DNA from: a candidate division WOR-3 bacterium
Lineage (GTDB): Bacteria; Hydrothermota; Tepidihabitantia; Tepidihabitantales; CAIPLT01
DNA: 40,292 nt
Assembly: GCA_965649215.1 (NCBI GenBank)
Contig: CBFGJZ010000014.1
Span: 1-40,292, forward strand
Reading direction: 5' to 3'
The notes under the pieces were generated by a model. The model did no database searches. It had not been told where the DNA came from and saw only the letters and a list, made by a program, of their open reading frames with translations. Of the stretch, positions 18,691 through 27,994 are shown in pieces. A program made the translations under genes and the position numbers. Within the stretch, counting starts at the first letter, position 1. Each line of letters opens with the position of its first letter.

Positions 18691-21636
18691 TTATGGTTCG
18701 GAATTTATTCTGATTTCCTGATGCGCACTAACCAGACGACGGCTTCGTAATTCAGCTTCCATTCTTTTATATTCGGCTTGCTCTTCTGGCGAATCAACCA
18801 GTTCTTTCATCGTGCCATAGGCGCTCCAGCTAAAAGAAACATTATTATCGCCTGACCAACCTGGAATCTGTTTCAAAATCACGCTGAAACCAGAAGATTT
18901 AAGTTCACTTACGCAGAGCATACCCGACGGATTGCCAATTGGCGTCAAATTAATCGTAACCGGCACATCAGGACGGATATTATTCTTAAACATTTTCGGA
19001 TAATCAATCTTTACTGTGCCGTTTGATAAAGTGGCATTGCCATAACAAATCATGGTCATATTCGGACTCACAATACACGGCGCTTCGCCGTCAGCCAGAG
19101 AAGTTCCCCAACCGCCCGTGGCAACTCCTTTACCATAAGCCATTATAGCGGTATCAGACGCAATATTATTATAAGAATAAACTTGAATTCCTTCTGCACC
19201 AGGGTTGGCAGCGCGAAAATAACCACCTACCATATTACCATATGCAAAAACTCCATAATATTCTGCGCTATCAACCCAAACGCCAGCTTGTGCAGCCGAA
19301 CCGACGGAAACTCCGAACCGGCCGGCTCGATTCACAAAAAATCCATCAAAGTTTGAAGAGTCAACAAAGACACCATTAGCACCCGCACTGTCAATATTAA
19401 TGCCGTTATGACGCGCACGCAAAACAGACAAACCAGTATCACATCGGTTTACTGAAAACCCTACATCTGCCACGCTGTCAATAAAGACGCCATTGTCTCG
19501 GGCACGATTAATATTGACACCATCATCCGCTGCGGTTCCAACTGCCAATCCATATAAAGCGCTGTCTACAGAAAAAGCCTGCGATGCAGCACGGTACACG
19601 CGAAAACCGAAGTTACCAGCTCGATAAACATTAACGCCGTCACTTCCCGTTTGAATAATTGCTAAACCAATTGCTGCCGAATCCACCGCAAGACCATTGG
19701 ATGACGCTCTAGAAATTCGAACTCCTTGCCCGAGTGATTTTTTTATGTTAACACCGTGACTAACAGAACTATCAATATAGATGCCATACTGTCCAGTCGA
19801 ACCGACATAAACTCCGATTTGTGCGGCACTACCAATTGCTAAACCATTCCAACCGGCTCGATTCACATAAAATCCATTCGAGTTTGAAGAGTCAACATAG
19901 ACACCATAAGCACCCGCACTGTCAATATTAATGCCGTTATGACGCGCACGCAAAACAGACAAACCAGTATCGCAACGGTTTACATAGACACCGACATCAG
20001 CAACACTGTCAATATTTACACCATTTTTCCCAGCACGACCGATAACTAATCCGCTTTGACCTGCATTATTAACCGTTATTCCGTTACCAGTACCGCTATT
20101 ATTTATCCTTAATATTGCGCCGCCCGTTGCAACCGAACCTTGTAATGTACATGGCAGTGCAAACATTGCTGATTTTATTGAATTTGCCTGTCCTTCGTTA
20201 ACATATTTATCGGTTAGAGTTGTGGTGCCTTCATACAAATCAGTCGCAACGCCCGAGCGTCCAAAATCTGAAGCAACCGAAGTAAATGCTGAAGCATGCT
20301 GTCCGTCTAATAAATCGGCATTAAAATTAGTAATCAAACTACCACTGCCGCTGAGTTTGGTGTCACTGATACCTGCTGAATTTGAAATATCCGCATTCGT
20401 AATCGCACCATCAATAATCATTGCTGATGAAATTGAATTTGGCTGTCCTTCATCAACAAATTTAGCACTCAACGCAATAGTATCTTTGCCTTGCAATTTA
20501 TAAGAATTATATGCGGTTGCGGCAACTCTTGCTGAATCGATTGCACCTGGAATCACCCTTGCATAATCTGCGGTATCAGCTAATGGTGCTTTGAAAGTTA
20601 AAGAGACATCGTTGCGTGTAATCGTACCATCCTGGATTTTATCCGTAGTGATGGCATTACCGCTAATCATAGTATTAGTTATTGCATTAATCTGCCCTTC
20701 GTCAACAAACTTGGCACTTAAAGCGATTGTATCTTTGCCTTGCAATTTATGGGCATTTGTTGAAACCCGAGCACTATCAACATATTGAATATTAACATTT
20801 CTTACATAATCTGATGTATCTGCATAAGGTGCTTTGAATGTTGTTGCAACATCTTGTCGTAAAATTGTTCCGTCTTGAATCTTTGAACTGATTATCGCAT
20901 TATCCTGAATTTTAGCGCTGACTACTGCATTGTCCTGGATTTTAGAACTCGTTATTGCATTATCCTGGATTTCTGTATTACTCACTGGTGGTGTTAATGG
21001 TCGGGTTGCGGGTGTGAATGCTAAATCAACCAGTTGAATTGTGCCATCTTGAATCTTACTTGAAGTAACAGCATTATCAACAATCATTATATTGGTGATT
21101 GCATTAGTCTGCCCTTCATCAACAAACTTATTACTTAAAGCCACTGTATCTTTACCTTGTAATTTATGAGCATTAGTAGATATTCGGGCGCTATCAACAT
21201 AATTGACATTAGCGCTTAAAGCATAATTAGCAGTATCAGACTTCTTTGATAAATAAGCATAAGCAGAACTGACCAACCTGATTCTTGGTGTCATCGCCGG
21301 ATGGGGATTTACCTGCATCTCCAAATAACAATTGCCTGATTGAGGTATTGACTCAATCGGAATACTTAAACCCAATAAAACATTAAAGATGCCCGCATTA
21401 GTCTGGACATTCTGGGTCTCACTCCAAAAAGAAGAGCCACCGCTTGAACTGGTATATAATCGAAATGTAATTGAATAAGTTGAATCGTTCACCGCACTGC
21501 CGGTTAAGTTGGTCAATTTACCTTGATAATTTATGATCTTGGGAATGGAAATTGCTTCGCTCGATTTTACCAGATATTGCTCAGCACTCGCCATGATCAT
21601 AAGAACCATAAAAACAAATAAAATTTTTTTATACAT
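18691..21636 (-). CDS. Large secreted repeat protein resembling a tail-fibre or beta-helix adhesin
   Basis: AAGGAGG SD and signal peptide; IPKIINYQGKLT N-domain; DNAITSSKIQ 10-aa repeats; three YVDSAR..NAHKLQGKDT.ALS.KFVDEGQ modules; NADLLDGQHAS; a long G-x-x-V/I beta-helix-like region; C-terminal GNATLSNG...INLTP...GFSV...FSWSAYG domain. Confidence 0.75.
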   Translation of the reverse strand: MYKKILFVFMVLMIMASAEQYLVKSSEAISIPKIINYQGKLTNLTGSAVNDSTYSITFRLYTSSSGGSSFWSETQNVQTNAGIFNVLLGLSIPIESIPQSGNCYLEMQVNPHPAMTPRIRLVSSAYAYLSKKSDTANYALSANVNYVDSARISTNAHKLQGKDTVALSNKFVDEGQTNAITNIMIVDNAVTSSKIQDGTIQLVDLAFTPATRPLTPPVSNTEIQDNAITSSKIQDNAVVSAKIQDNAIISSKIQDGTILRQDVATTFKAPYADTSDYVRNVNIQYVDSARVSTNAHKLQGKDTIALSAKFVDEGQINAITNTMISGNAITTDKIQDGTITRNDVSLTFKAPLADTADYARVIPGAIDSARVAATAYNSYKLQGKDTIALSAKFVDEGQPNSISSAMIIDGAITNADISNSAGISDTKLSGSGSLITNFNADLLDGQHASAFTSVASDFGRSGVATDLYEGTTTLTDKYVNEGQANSIKSAMFALPCTLQGSVATGGAILRINNSGTGNGITVNNAGQSGLVIGRAGKNGVNIDSVADVGVYVNRCDTGLSVLRARHNGINIDSAGAYGVYVDSSNSNGFYVNRAGWNGLAIGSAAQIGVYVGSTGQYGIYIDSSVSHGVNIKKSLGQGVRISRASSNGLAVDSAAIGLAIIQTGSDGVNVYRAGNFGFRVYRAASQAFSVDSALYGLAVGTAADDGVNINRARDNGVFIDSVADVGFSVNRCDTGLSVLRARHNGINIDSAGANGVFVDSSNFDGFFVNRAGRFGVSVGSAAQAGVWVDSAEYYGVFAYGNMVGGYFRAANPGAEGIQVYSYNNIASDTAIMAYGKGVATGGWGTSLADGEAPCIVSPNMTMICYGNATLSNGTVKIDYPKMFKNNIRPDVPVTINLTPIGNPSGMLCVSELKSSGFSVILKQIPGWSGDNNVSFSWSAYGTMKELVDSPEEQAEYKRMEAELRSRRLVSAHQEIRINSEP
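19322..19983. repeat. ~130-bp near-identical intragenic direct repeat (19322-19452 and 19853-19983)
   Basis: Copies are 531 nt (177 codons) apart and share a perfect core AGCACCCGCACTGTCAATATTAATGCCGTTATGACGCGCACGCAAAACAGACAAACCAGTATC. Confidence 0.9.
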
Positions 21637-21771
21637 ACATCCTCCTTTAACTTCTAAGATACCTTAACACAAGAAAATCATTTGTCAATATACTCGTGAA
21701 AATATTTCTGCTCTTTTTAACCCTTGATTTGTCTTGATTTTATGTTATCATTTTAAAGACAGATTAGGCAA

Positions 21772-22722
21772 ATGGAAAAAATTACGACTCTTCAAGAACT
21801 ACTTGGTAAGATTACTCGCGAATATCAAACTGCGCTCAAGCAACCATTTACCAAACACCCTTTAGCAAGATTAATCCGCGAACAATCTGTTAAAATCATC
21901 TCCCCTTTATTAGATGATGAAAATCTCATGGTTAAAGCATCAGCGGGCAAAGGCAGTTGGGCACGAGTGCCTTGGATTGCCATCTTTAACAAACACGAAA
22001 CCGACTCTGCTCAGGAAGGTGTTTCAGTGGTCTATCTCTTCTCTGAAGACATGCAAAAAATCTATCTCACGATGATGCTGGGAGTTATGAATCCGATTAA
22101 AAGTGCGGGTCGTAAAAAAGCCCTTTTGAAACTGAAGAGTAAAATTCTGGACACCCGCGAAAGTTTCCAATTAAGCGACTTAATGGCAGATGATAAAGTC
22201 CAGATTGGCAAATCCCGATTAGGTCGTGCCTATGAAAAAGCAGTGATCTTTTATAAAGAATATGCAAGCCAAAACTTACCCAGTAATGATATTTTAGTTG
22301 CTGACTTAAAGAAAATCATTAACTATTATAATCACTATATTACCGAAGCCAATTTAGCCACTTATTGGACTAATTTTGCCAAAGTAAGAAAAATCTCTCA
22401 AGCCAAGCGTCTTCTCAAAGAACACTTTGTTTTAGAACAGAACCCATCTTTACTTAAAGAAGCTAAAAAACAGGCCTTAAAAAAATATGGCGAGATTCGC
22501 TGCAGTGTTTGCGGTTTTTCTTTCTTTGAACATTATGGTAAAATCGCTTTAGATTTTATCGAAGCCCATCTCTGTAAACCCATCACCAGACCGCTTGAAA
22601 GAGTTCAACTCAAAGACCTTGCTTTGGTCTGTGCTAACTGCCATCGGATGATTCATCTCCGATATCCTCCGCTCACTTGGGAAGAGATAAAAAGCATCTA
22701 TCACGAACCCTTATTTAAATAA
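21772..22722 (+). CDS. DUF3578 (McrB N-terminal-like) domain fused to an HNH/McrA-like domain; putative modification-dependent (type IV) restriction protein
   Basis: N-terminal SAGKGSWARVPWIAIF...SAQEGVSVVYLFSEDM..IYLT..GV; C-terminal CSVCGFSF..HYG....FIEAH...DLALVCANCHRMIH. Confidence 0.8.
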   Translation: MEKITTLQELLGKITREYQTALKQPFTKHPLARLIREQSVKIISPLLDDENLMVKASAGKGSWARVPWIAIFNKHETDSAQEGVSVVYLFSEDMQKIYLTMMLGVMNPIKSAGRKKALLKLKSKILDTRESFQLSDLMADDKVQIGKSRLGRAYEKAVIFYKEYASQNLPSNDILVADLKKIINYYNHYITEANLATYWTNFAKVRKISQAKRLLKEHFVLEQNPSLLKEAKKQALKKYGEIRCSVCGFSFFEHYGKIALDFIEAHLCKPITRPLERVQLKDLALVCANCHRMIHLRYPPLTWEEIKSIYHEPLFK

Positions 22723-22727
22723 TAAAA

Positions 22728-23525
22728 ATGTCCTTACTCTTAATTCTCTTTTTAGCCACAATGCCATCTAATGACTATCAAGGAATAATCAGTGAATTCA
22801 TTCCCTATAATGCTTATCAATTTTTAGATCTGATTGAAGATGGCGATATCCAATATGCCCGTGGTAAATACGCCCAAGCCGAATCCTTATATCAAAAAGC
22901 TTATCATCTATCATTAAGTAAAAAAAACTACCGCTTAGCGGCCATTGCGTTAATCTCAGTTGGCACTGCCTTAGGTAAACAAGCCCAACATCAAGCGGCC
23001 CTAAACAAATTCCAAGATGCTCTGACTCTTAAACAATCAATTTACAATCAAGACCTATTAAGTATTCTTTATTATAACCTTGCGGTTAGCTATCATTATC
23101 TTAATAAAATTGAGTCGGCCATTAACTATTACAATCAAGCTCTTGCTTTGGCCCCCAATGAAATAAAAATTTTAATCAATCGGGGTGATGCTTTTTATGA
23201 TGCAGATAGTTTTAAGTTGGCACTCAATGACTATTCCCATGCTCTTCTCTTAGATTTAAATAATAGTCTTGCTTATCAAAGACGAGCCAATCTTTACGAA
23301 CAAATGCAAGAGTATGCCAATGCCCTTGATGACTATCAAAAAGCCATAGAACACGAGCCTGAAAATATCAAGCTCATGATTAAATTAGCTGATCTCTTCT
23401 TACTAAAAGATGACCGCCTGAGTGCTCAATTTTGGTATCGTCAAGCATTAGCGAGTCCTGATACGCTTAATGATTCGTTAAAAACTTATCTCAAAAGTCA
23501 ACTCCAAAAATTAAGCAAACCTTAA
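22728..23525 (+). CDS. Tetratricopeptide repeat protein
   Basis: Repeated A...Y.KA/QAL TPR helices (AESLYQKA, AINYYNQALALAP, ALDDYQKAIEHEP); hydrophobic N-terminus. Confidence 0.85.
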   Translation: MSLLLILFLATMPSNDYQGIISEFIPYNAYQFLDLIEDGDIQYARGKYAQAESLYQKAYHLSLSKKNYRLAAIALISVGTALGKQAQHQAALNKFQDALTLKQSIYNQDLLSILYYNLAVSYHYLNKIESAINYYNQALALAPNEIKILINRGDAFYDADSFKLALNDYSHALLLDLNNSLAYQRRANLYEQMQEYANALDDYQKAIEHEPENIKLMIKLADLFLLKDDRLSAQFWYRQALASPDTLNDSLKTYLKSQLQKLSKP

Positions 23526-24682
23526 AGCCAACGAATCTTGCGGTGTCTTAACCGACGGTCTTTCCAAGTTGTCTTTTGAGTGATCGTAAAGACTATGGAG
23601 CGTAAGCCAATAAATATTGAAACCCCAATAATCAAAGGATACAATAAAAACAGATACCACGGATACTTTAATTTAATTGATAAAATAATCCATAACAGAG
23701 CCGTTGCTAAGACTGAAATCACAGAATAAGTAAGAGCAGGATTATACAAAGTCTGAGCTAAACTATGCACGATTCGAAACAGGGGCGCAAAAGTAATTAT
23801 CCCCATCCACAGCCAAACAAACAGGGCAACTAAAATCTTATAACCAAACAAGGCAAAATAATTTTTAGTAAAACCCATCAGGGCTTCAGCAAAATTATGA
23901 TACATTCGAGCACTTACCAAGTTAGTGCCATCAAAGATACGCCATTTATAACCATTTGCTTTAACCAATTTTACTAATGCCACATCTTCAATCGCATTAT
24001 CTTTGACCGCCGCATAGCCACCAATATGATCATAACAATCCCGCTTAAAAAGCAAAAACTTACCATTCCCTGCGGCTAAGGCTTGATTTTTTCGCCACAG
24101 ATAAGCAATGCTTAAAGGTAGGAGTGTCAAAATTGACCACGTGCCAAATGGCACGGTGATCTTTTCACCAAAAGTTTTCACTTTATTGTGATTGATAATT
24201 GTAAGTAAATCAGCGTTTGTCTTGTGCATTGCGCTTACTGCATAACTCAAAGTCGCTCGGTGATATTCAGTATCCGCATCGCTAAATAGCAATAATTCAC
24301 CACTTGCCTGTTTGGCTAATTGATAAGCGGCCCATGCTTTGCCATTCCAATCACTCGGCAAGTTCTCTCCTAATAACACCTTTAATTTTTCCGACTTAAT
24401 AGTTGCTAAAATCTCAGCAGTTTTATCGGTCGAATTATCATCTAACACCAACACTTCAAAATTTCCATAATCCTGTTGTAAAATTGACTCCAGACATGGT
24501 TTGATGCTCAATTCTTCGTTGCGAGCAGGAATCAATACTGAGACTTTTAAGTTCTCCGTAATTTTAGAAAACTTTTCTAATCTCTTCATTAAAATTGCAT
24601 TACTAATTGCGATTAAAACCTGCACCAAGATAAAAATCATTAACCGCAAAGCATCTAACGAAATCAGATAAGTGATTTTCAC
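23522..24682 (-). CDS. Family 2 glycosyltransferase (CrtQ/CruC-like membrane GT)
   Basis: SVLIPARNEE, VLDDNSTDKT, W.GKAWA, LLFSDAD, GNGKFLLF.R..Y..IGG, EDVAL, RMY, C-terminal TM helices and TWKDR. Confidence 0.85.
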   Translation of the reverse strand: MKITYLISLDALRLMIFILVQVLIAISNAILMKRLEKFSKITENLKVSVLIPARNEELSIKPCLESILQQDYGNFEVLVLDDNSTDKTAEILATIKSEKLKVLLGENLPSDWNGKAWAAYQLAKQASGELLLFSDADTEYHRATLSYAVSAMHKTNADLLTIINHNKVKTFGEKITVPFGTWSILTLLPLSIAYLWRKNQALAAGNGKFLLFKRDCYDHIGGYAAVKDNAIEDVALVKLVKANGYKWRIFDGTNLVSARMYHNFAEALMGFTKNYFALFGYKILVALFVWLWMGIITFAPLFRIVHSLAQTLYNPALTYSVISVLATALLWIILSIKLKYPWYLFLLYPLIIGVSIFIGLRSIVFTITQKTTWKDRRLRHRKIRWL

Positions 24683-25245
24683 TTTACGCCCATTTTAAGT
24701 TCATTGCGATGTTTATAAATAATAATCAAGAGATTGAAGATAAAAACAACTATTAACACTAAATTAAACTTAAGGATAATAAATACAAAACTGACAACCA
24801 TACCCAAGACTATATTGTAAGCATCATTCTTGATTCTCAGTCCAAACTTAAAAAACAATAGTGCCAGCCCTAATATCACCGGCACCTGATATAAAGTAAG
24901 ACCTGCCCAAACTCCAAAAGTTACTGCAATTGCTTTACCCCCATGAAAGCGTAAAAAAATTGAAAAAGCATGGCCTAACACAAGCGCAATTGCAATTGGC
25001 ACAATCCGAAAATCCTGTATCCCCAATCGCTGATAGAGAATAAACAAGGGAATAAAACCTTTACTAAAATCAAGCAGCATTGCCAAAATCCCAATCAAGT
25101 AGCCACTGGCTTTAAAAGCATTCACCGCGCCGGGATTACCATCACCGACTTTACGAATATCAACGCCTTTTAATTTACCTAAGTAAAAAGAAAACATCAA
25201 AGACCCGACTAGATATGATAAGACTGTTAAAACAAAAACGTTCAG
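24679..25245 (-). CDS. PlsY-family acyltransferase (glycerol-3-phosphate acyltransferase-like / CruD-like), predicted CTG start
   Basis: DIRKVGDGNPGAVN, LDFSKG, GHAFSIFLRFHGGKAIA, YKH. The frame extends upstream to CTG at 25245, after AAGGAG, restoring SYLVGS. Confidence 0.8.
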   Translation of the reverse strand: MNVFVLTVLSYLVGSLMFSFYLGKLKGVDIRKVGDGNPGAVNAFKASGYLIGILAMLLDFSKGFIPLFILYQRLGIQDFRIVPIAIALVLGHAFSIFLRFHGGKAIAVTFGVWAGLTLYQVPVILGLALLFFKFGLRIKNDAYNIVLGMVVSFVFIILKFNLVLIVVFIFNLLIIIYKHRNELKMGVK

Positions 25246-25266
25246 TTATGCTCTCCTTAAAATTAA

Positions 25267-25995
25267 TTACTCAAAAAAACTATCTAACAAGCCATTATTA
25301 AAAGTATAACCTGAATACTCTTCGCGCATCGTAATATACTTATGGGCAAGACTTACTAATACCTTAACATCTACCTCCATACTTAAACGAAACTCTTTGG
25401 GCATCCAATAATTATTAAACTGACCATAACTTAAAGTAATATTAAAATTCTTAACCACAAAGGGTAAGCCAGTCGGCACAAACGACATTGCCACAACACA
25501 CGAATCTTGCTTTAATATCTTGGCTTCGCCTTGCAGATAACCTTTACCTTTATATTTTGGGGAAAAACCAATCACCCAGACCGAAAGACCATTGTATTTA
25601 TCTTCACCGACAAATGAAAAATTATACTGTGTGCGATAATCTTTATCAAATGGTGAATAACTCTTCTGCTCCGCTCGACCCTTTTTTGCTTGCTTGGCTA
25701 TCTCAGTCTTACTTAACACTCGGTTGTTCTCAGTCATTTCCAGATACTCGCTTTTATGCTTATCAAAACCCTTGGTATAAATCTTTCGTTTTGCGGTCAT
25801 AGTCTTTAAAGTCTCGCCTTTGTCATTGGTCTCTAAATAATAAAACTGACCGTAATAAACCGCATCTTGTAATTCTTTGCTGATTTGGTCATGCTTAGTA
25901 AAGACCCCGTTGAGAATAGAATTCAAATCAACCTGTCCGTTTATAAAATTAACTGTCAGTAAACTGAATATTAAGAAGCCAATAACTCTTGCCAT
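25267..25995 (-). CDS. Hypothetical exported protein (LolA/DUF5686-like beta-sheet fold possible)
   Basis: Signal peptide; SPF....Y.F..VGE...VWVIGFSPK...G...I....YWMP...EYSGY.FN.GL.D.FF pattern. Confidence 0.55.
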   Translation of the reverse strand: MARVIGFLIFSLLTVNFINGQVDLNSILNGVFTKHDQISKELQDAVYYGQFYYLETNDKGETLKTMTAKRKIYTKGFDKHKSEYLEMTENNRVLSKTEIAKQAKKGRAEQKSYSPFDKDYRTQYNFSFVGEDKYNGLSVWVIGFSPKYKGKGYLQGEAKILKQDSCVVAMSFVPTGLPFVVKNFNITLSYGQFNNYWMPKEFRLSMEVDVKVLVSLAHKYITMREEYSGYTFNNGLLDSFFE

Positions 25996-26304
25996 ACCTT
26001 AAATCATATAATAATAACTATCGCTTGGCAAGTATCTCCTTACTCTCCATTAAATAAAGTTGATAATGAGTTTAACGATATTACAACCTACCAGAAGCAT
26101 CATAAATTCAAACATCAGTCCAGTCCTGTGTGAAAACCATTTATCCTAAAACAAAGCTCAAGACCATTTCAATTATCTCTTTGATTATCAGAGTGATGAT
26201 TAATATTTGATGATTATAAAATACTCTTTTGAATTCAGATTAATCTTGGGGTATACCTTCACTCCCTGAGCACTATGCCGGCTTGCCTTATAAGTTGTGT
26301 CTCT

Positions 26305-26952
26305 TTAATAATTTGCTTTGATTACCTGTTCAATTAAAGATGCTTCCGGCAATGCTCCTTCAAAAGAAATATTATCATTAATCACAGTCTTGGGCACGGC
26401 ATAGACTTTATACTTATTGCTTAAGGGTATAAATTCAGATGCTTCAATCATCTGGGACTTGATATTGTCATTAAGGAATGCCAATTTGTTGGCAGCAATC
26501 ACTGCTGATGAGCAATACGGACAAGTCAAAGTCACAAAAACTTTGATAGTCGTCGGCTTGGTAATTTTTTTAAGTTCATTTTGACTATTGACATCCAGTC
26601 CGCTCTCACCGGTTGAGATCATCTTAATCGTTTCTAAGAGCGAAGTGAACTCATAACCACCGGGAATCCCATAAAATCGGATCCCATAATCTTTTTTACC
26701 AATTACCGCAATCGCCGGCACCATTTCAATACCATACTCATTAACTTTATCCTTATCGTTGATAAAATTATAGACTTCTAATTTAAGTAACGGAGAGAGT
26801 GCGACTAACTCTTCGGCTAACATCCGATTCTCGCGACAAAACTGGCATTCTAACTCCTGGGTAAAAACCACTAATTTCACTTCGTCTTTTAAAGTATTGA
26901 CAAAAGTTTCTTTAAGTTGGGTTTCAACTGCTGGTTTAATAATGATTCCCAT
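26305..26952 (-). CDS. Protein disulfide oxidoreductase (two-thioredoxin-fold, AhpF-NTD/PDO-like)
   Basis: CQFC and CPYC motifs; IRFYGIPGGYEFTSL; VPKTVIN...FEGA.PE; AAGGAG SD. Confidence 0.9.
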   Translation of the reverse strand: MGIIIKPAVETQLKETFVNTLKDEVKLVVFTQELECQFCRENRMLAEELVALSPLLKLEVYNFINDKDKVNEYGIEMVPAIAVIGKKDYGIRFYGIPGGYEFTSLLETIKMISTGESGLDVNSQNELKKITKPTTIKVFVTLTCPYCSSAVIAANKLAFLNDNIKSQMIEASEFIPLSNKYKVYAVPKTVINDNISFEGALPEASLIEQVIKANY

Positions 26953-26965
26953 ATTTTTTTCTCCT

Positions 26966-27949
26966 TTATTTATTTGTCATTACATAACGATATGCGGACA
27001 AAGCCGCTTTTGCCCCTTCACCGCAGGCAATAATAATCTGTTTATCACTGACACTACTCACATCACCGGCTGCAAAAATACCTTTTTCTGAAGTTTCACA
27101 ATTACAATTAACAATAATTTCATTACGCTCATTAGTCTTAACCATATTGCGTAAAAATCCGCTATTCGGAATTAAACCCGCTTCAATAAAAACACCATCC
27201 ACCGTCAATAATTTCTCTTCGTCACTTGTAAGACTCTTAATCAAGAGACCTTCGACTCGCTCGCTTCCTTTAATGGCCACAGGAATATAACCAAGATAGA
27301 CTTTAACATTCGAAGCCGTTTGCAGTCGGTCAACTAAAATATTGTCGGCTTTAATTTTACTACGCACAATCAAATGGACCTCTTGGGCAACTTTGTGCAA
27401 ATCTAAGGCAGCAAGTACTGCGGAATTAGCGCCGCCAATTACTGCGGTTTTCTTATTAACATATAAAGGTGCATCACAAGTCGCACAATAAGAAACCCCC
27501 CGTCCGACTAACTCTTTTTCTCCTGGGATATCAAGCATGCGCGGCCGTTTGCCACTGGCAATGACTAATGCTTGAGCACGATATCGACCTTCATAACGGG
27601 TTTGCACTAAAAATAGACCATTCTCTCGTTCAACTGCAATCACTTCATCCGGTACCCGCACCGCAATCGGAAACGAATTAACCTGTTCAGAAAACTTTGT
27701 TGCTAAATCCCGTCCCAAAATATACTGATAACCCATATAATTTTCAATCGTGGAAGTCCATAAGACCTGACCACCAAAATCATTAGAAATTACTAAGACC
27801 GAAAGTTTTTTCCGAGCCAAATACACACACGCGGTCATTCCTGCGGGTCCTGCTCCAATCACAATCACATCATAGATTTTATCTTGCTCAGGCTCTAAAC
27901 TCAGCTTCTTCACTTCTTTTGGCAAATCGCTTAATTGAATATCAAGCAT
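26966..27949 (-). CDS. trxB: Thioredoxin-disulfide reductase
   Basis: GAGPAG, GRGVSYCATCD, GGANSA, GIFAAGD, QIIIACGEGAKAA. Confidence 0.88.
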   Translation of the reverse strand: MLDIQLSDLPKEVKKLSLEPEQDKIYDVIVIGAGPAGMTACVYLARKKLSVLVISNDFGGQVLWTSTIENYMGYQYILGRDLATKFSEQVNSFPIAVRVPDEVIAVERENGLFLVQTRYEGRYRAQALVIASGKRPRMLDIPGEKELVGRGVSYCATCDAPLYVNKKTAVIGGANSAVLAALDLHKVAQEVHLIVRSKIKADNILVDRLQTASNVKVYLGYIPVAIKGSERVEGLLIKSLTSDEEKLLTVDGVFIEAGLIPNSGFLRNMVKTNERNEIIVNCNCETSEKGIFAAGDVSSVSDKQIIIACGEGAKAALSAYRYVMTNK

Positions 27950-27994
27950 AACTTATAGACTTATTTTTCTCTTATGCGATGCTTATCTCAATTA

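Noticed and set aside
19322..19983. Repeat pair as a diversity-generating retroelement TR/VR
   Set aside because: Mismatches are not restricted to adenines on either strand, both copies are in-frame coding, and no reverse transcriptase is in the window.
16037..21636. Accessory block as a prophage
   Set aside because: There are no terminase, capsid, portal, integrase or lysis genes; the phage-like genes are isolated and carry host-type signals.
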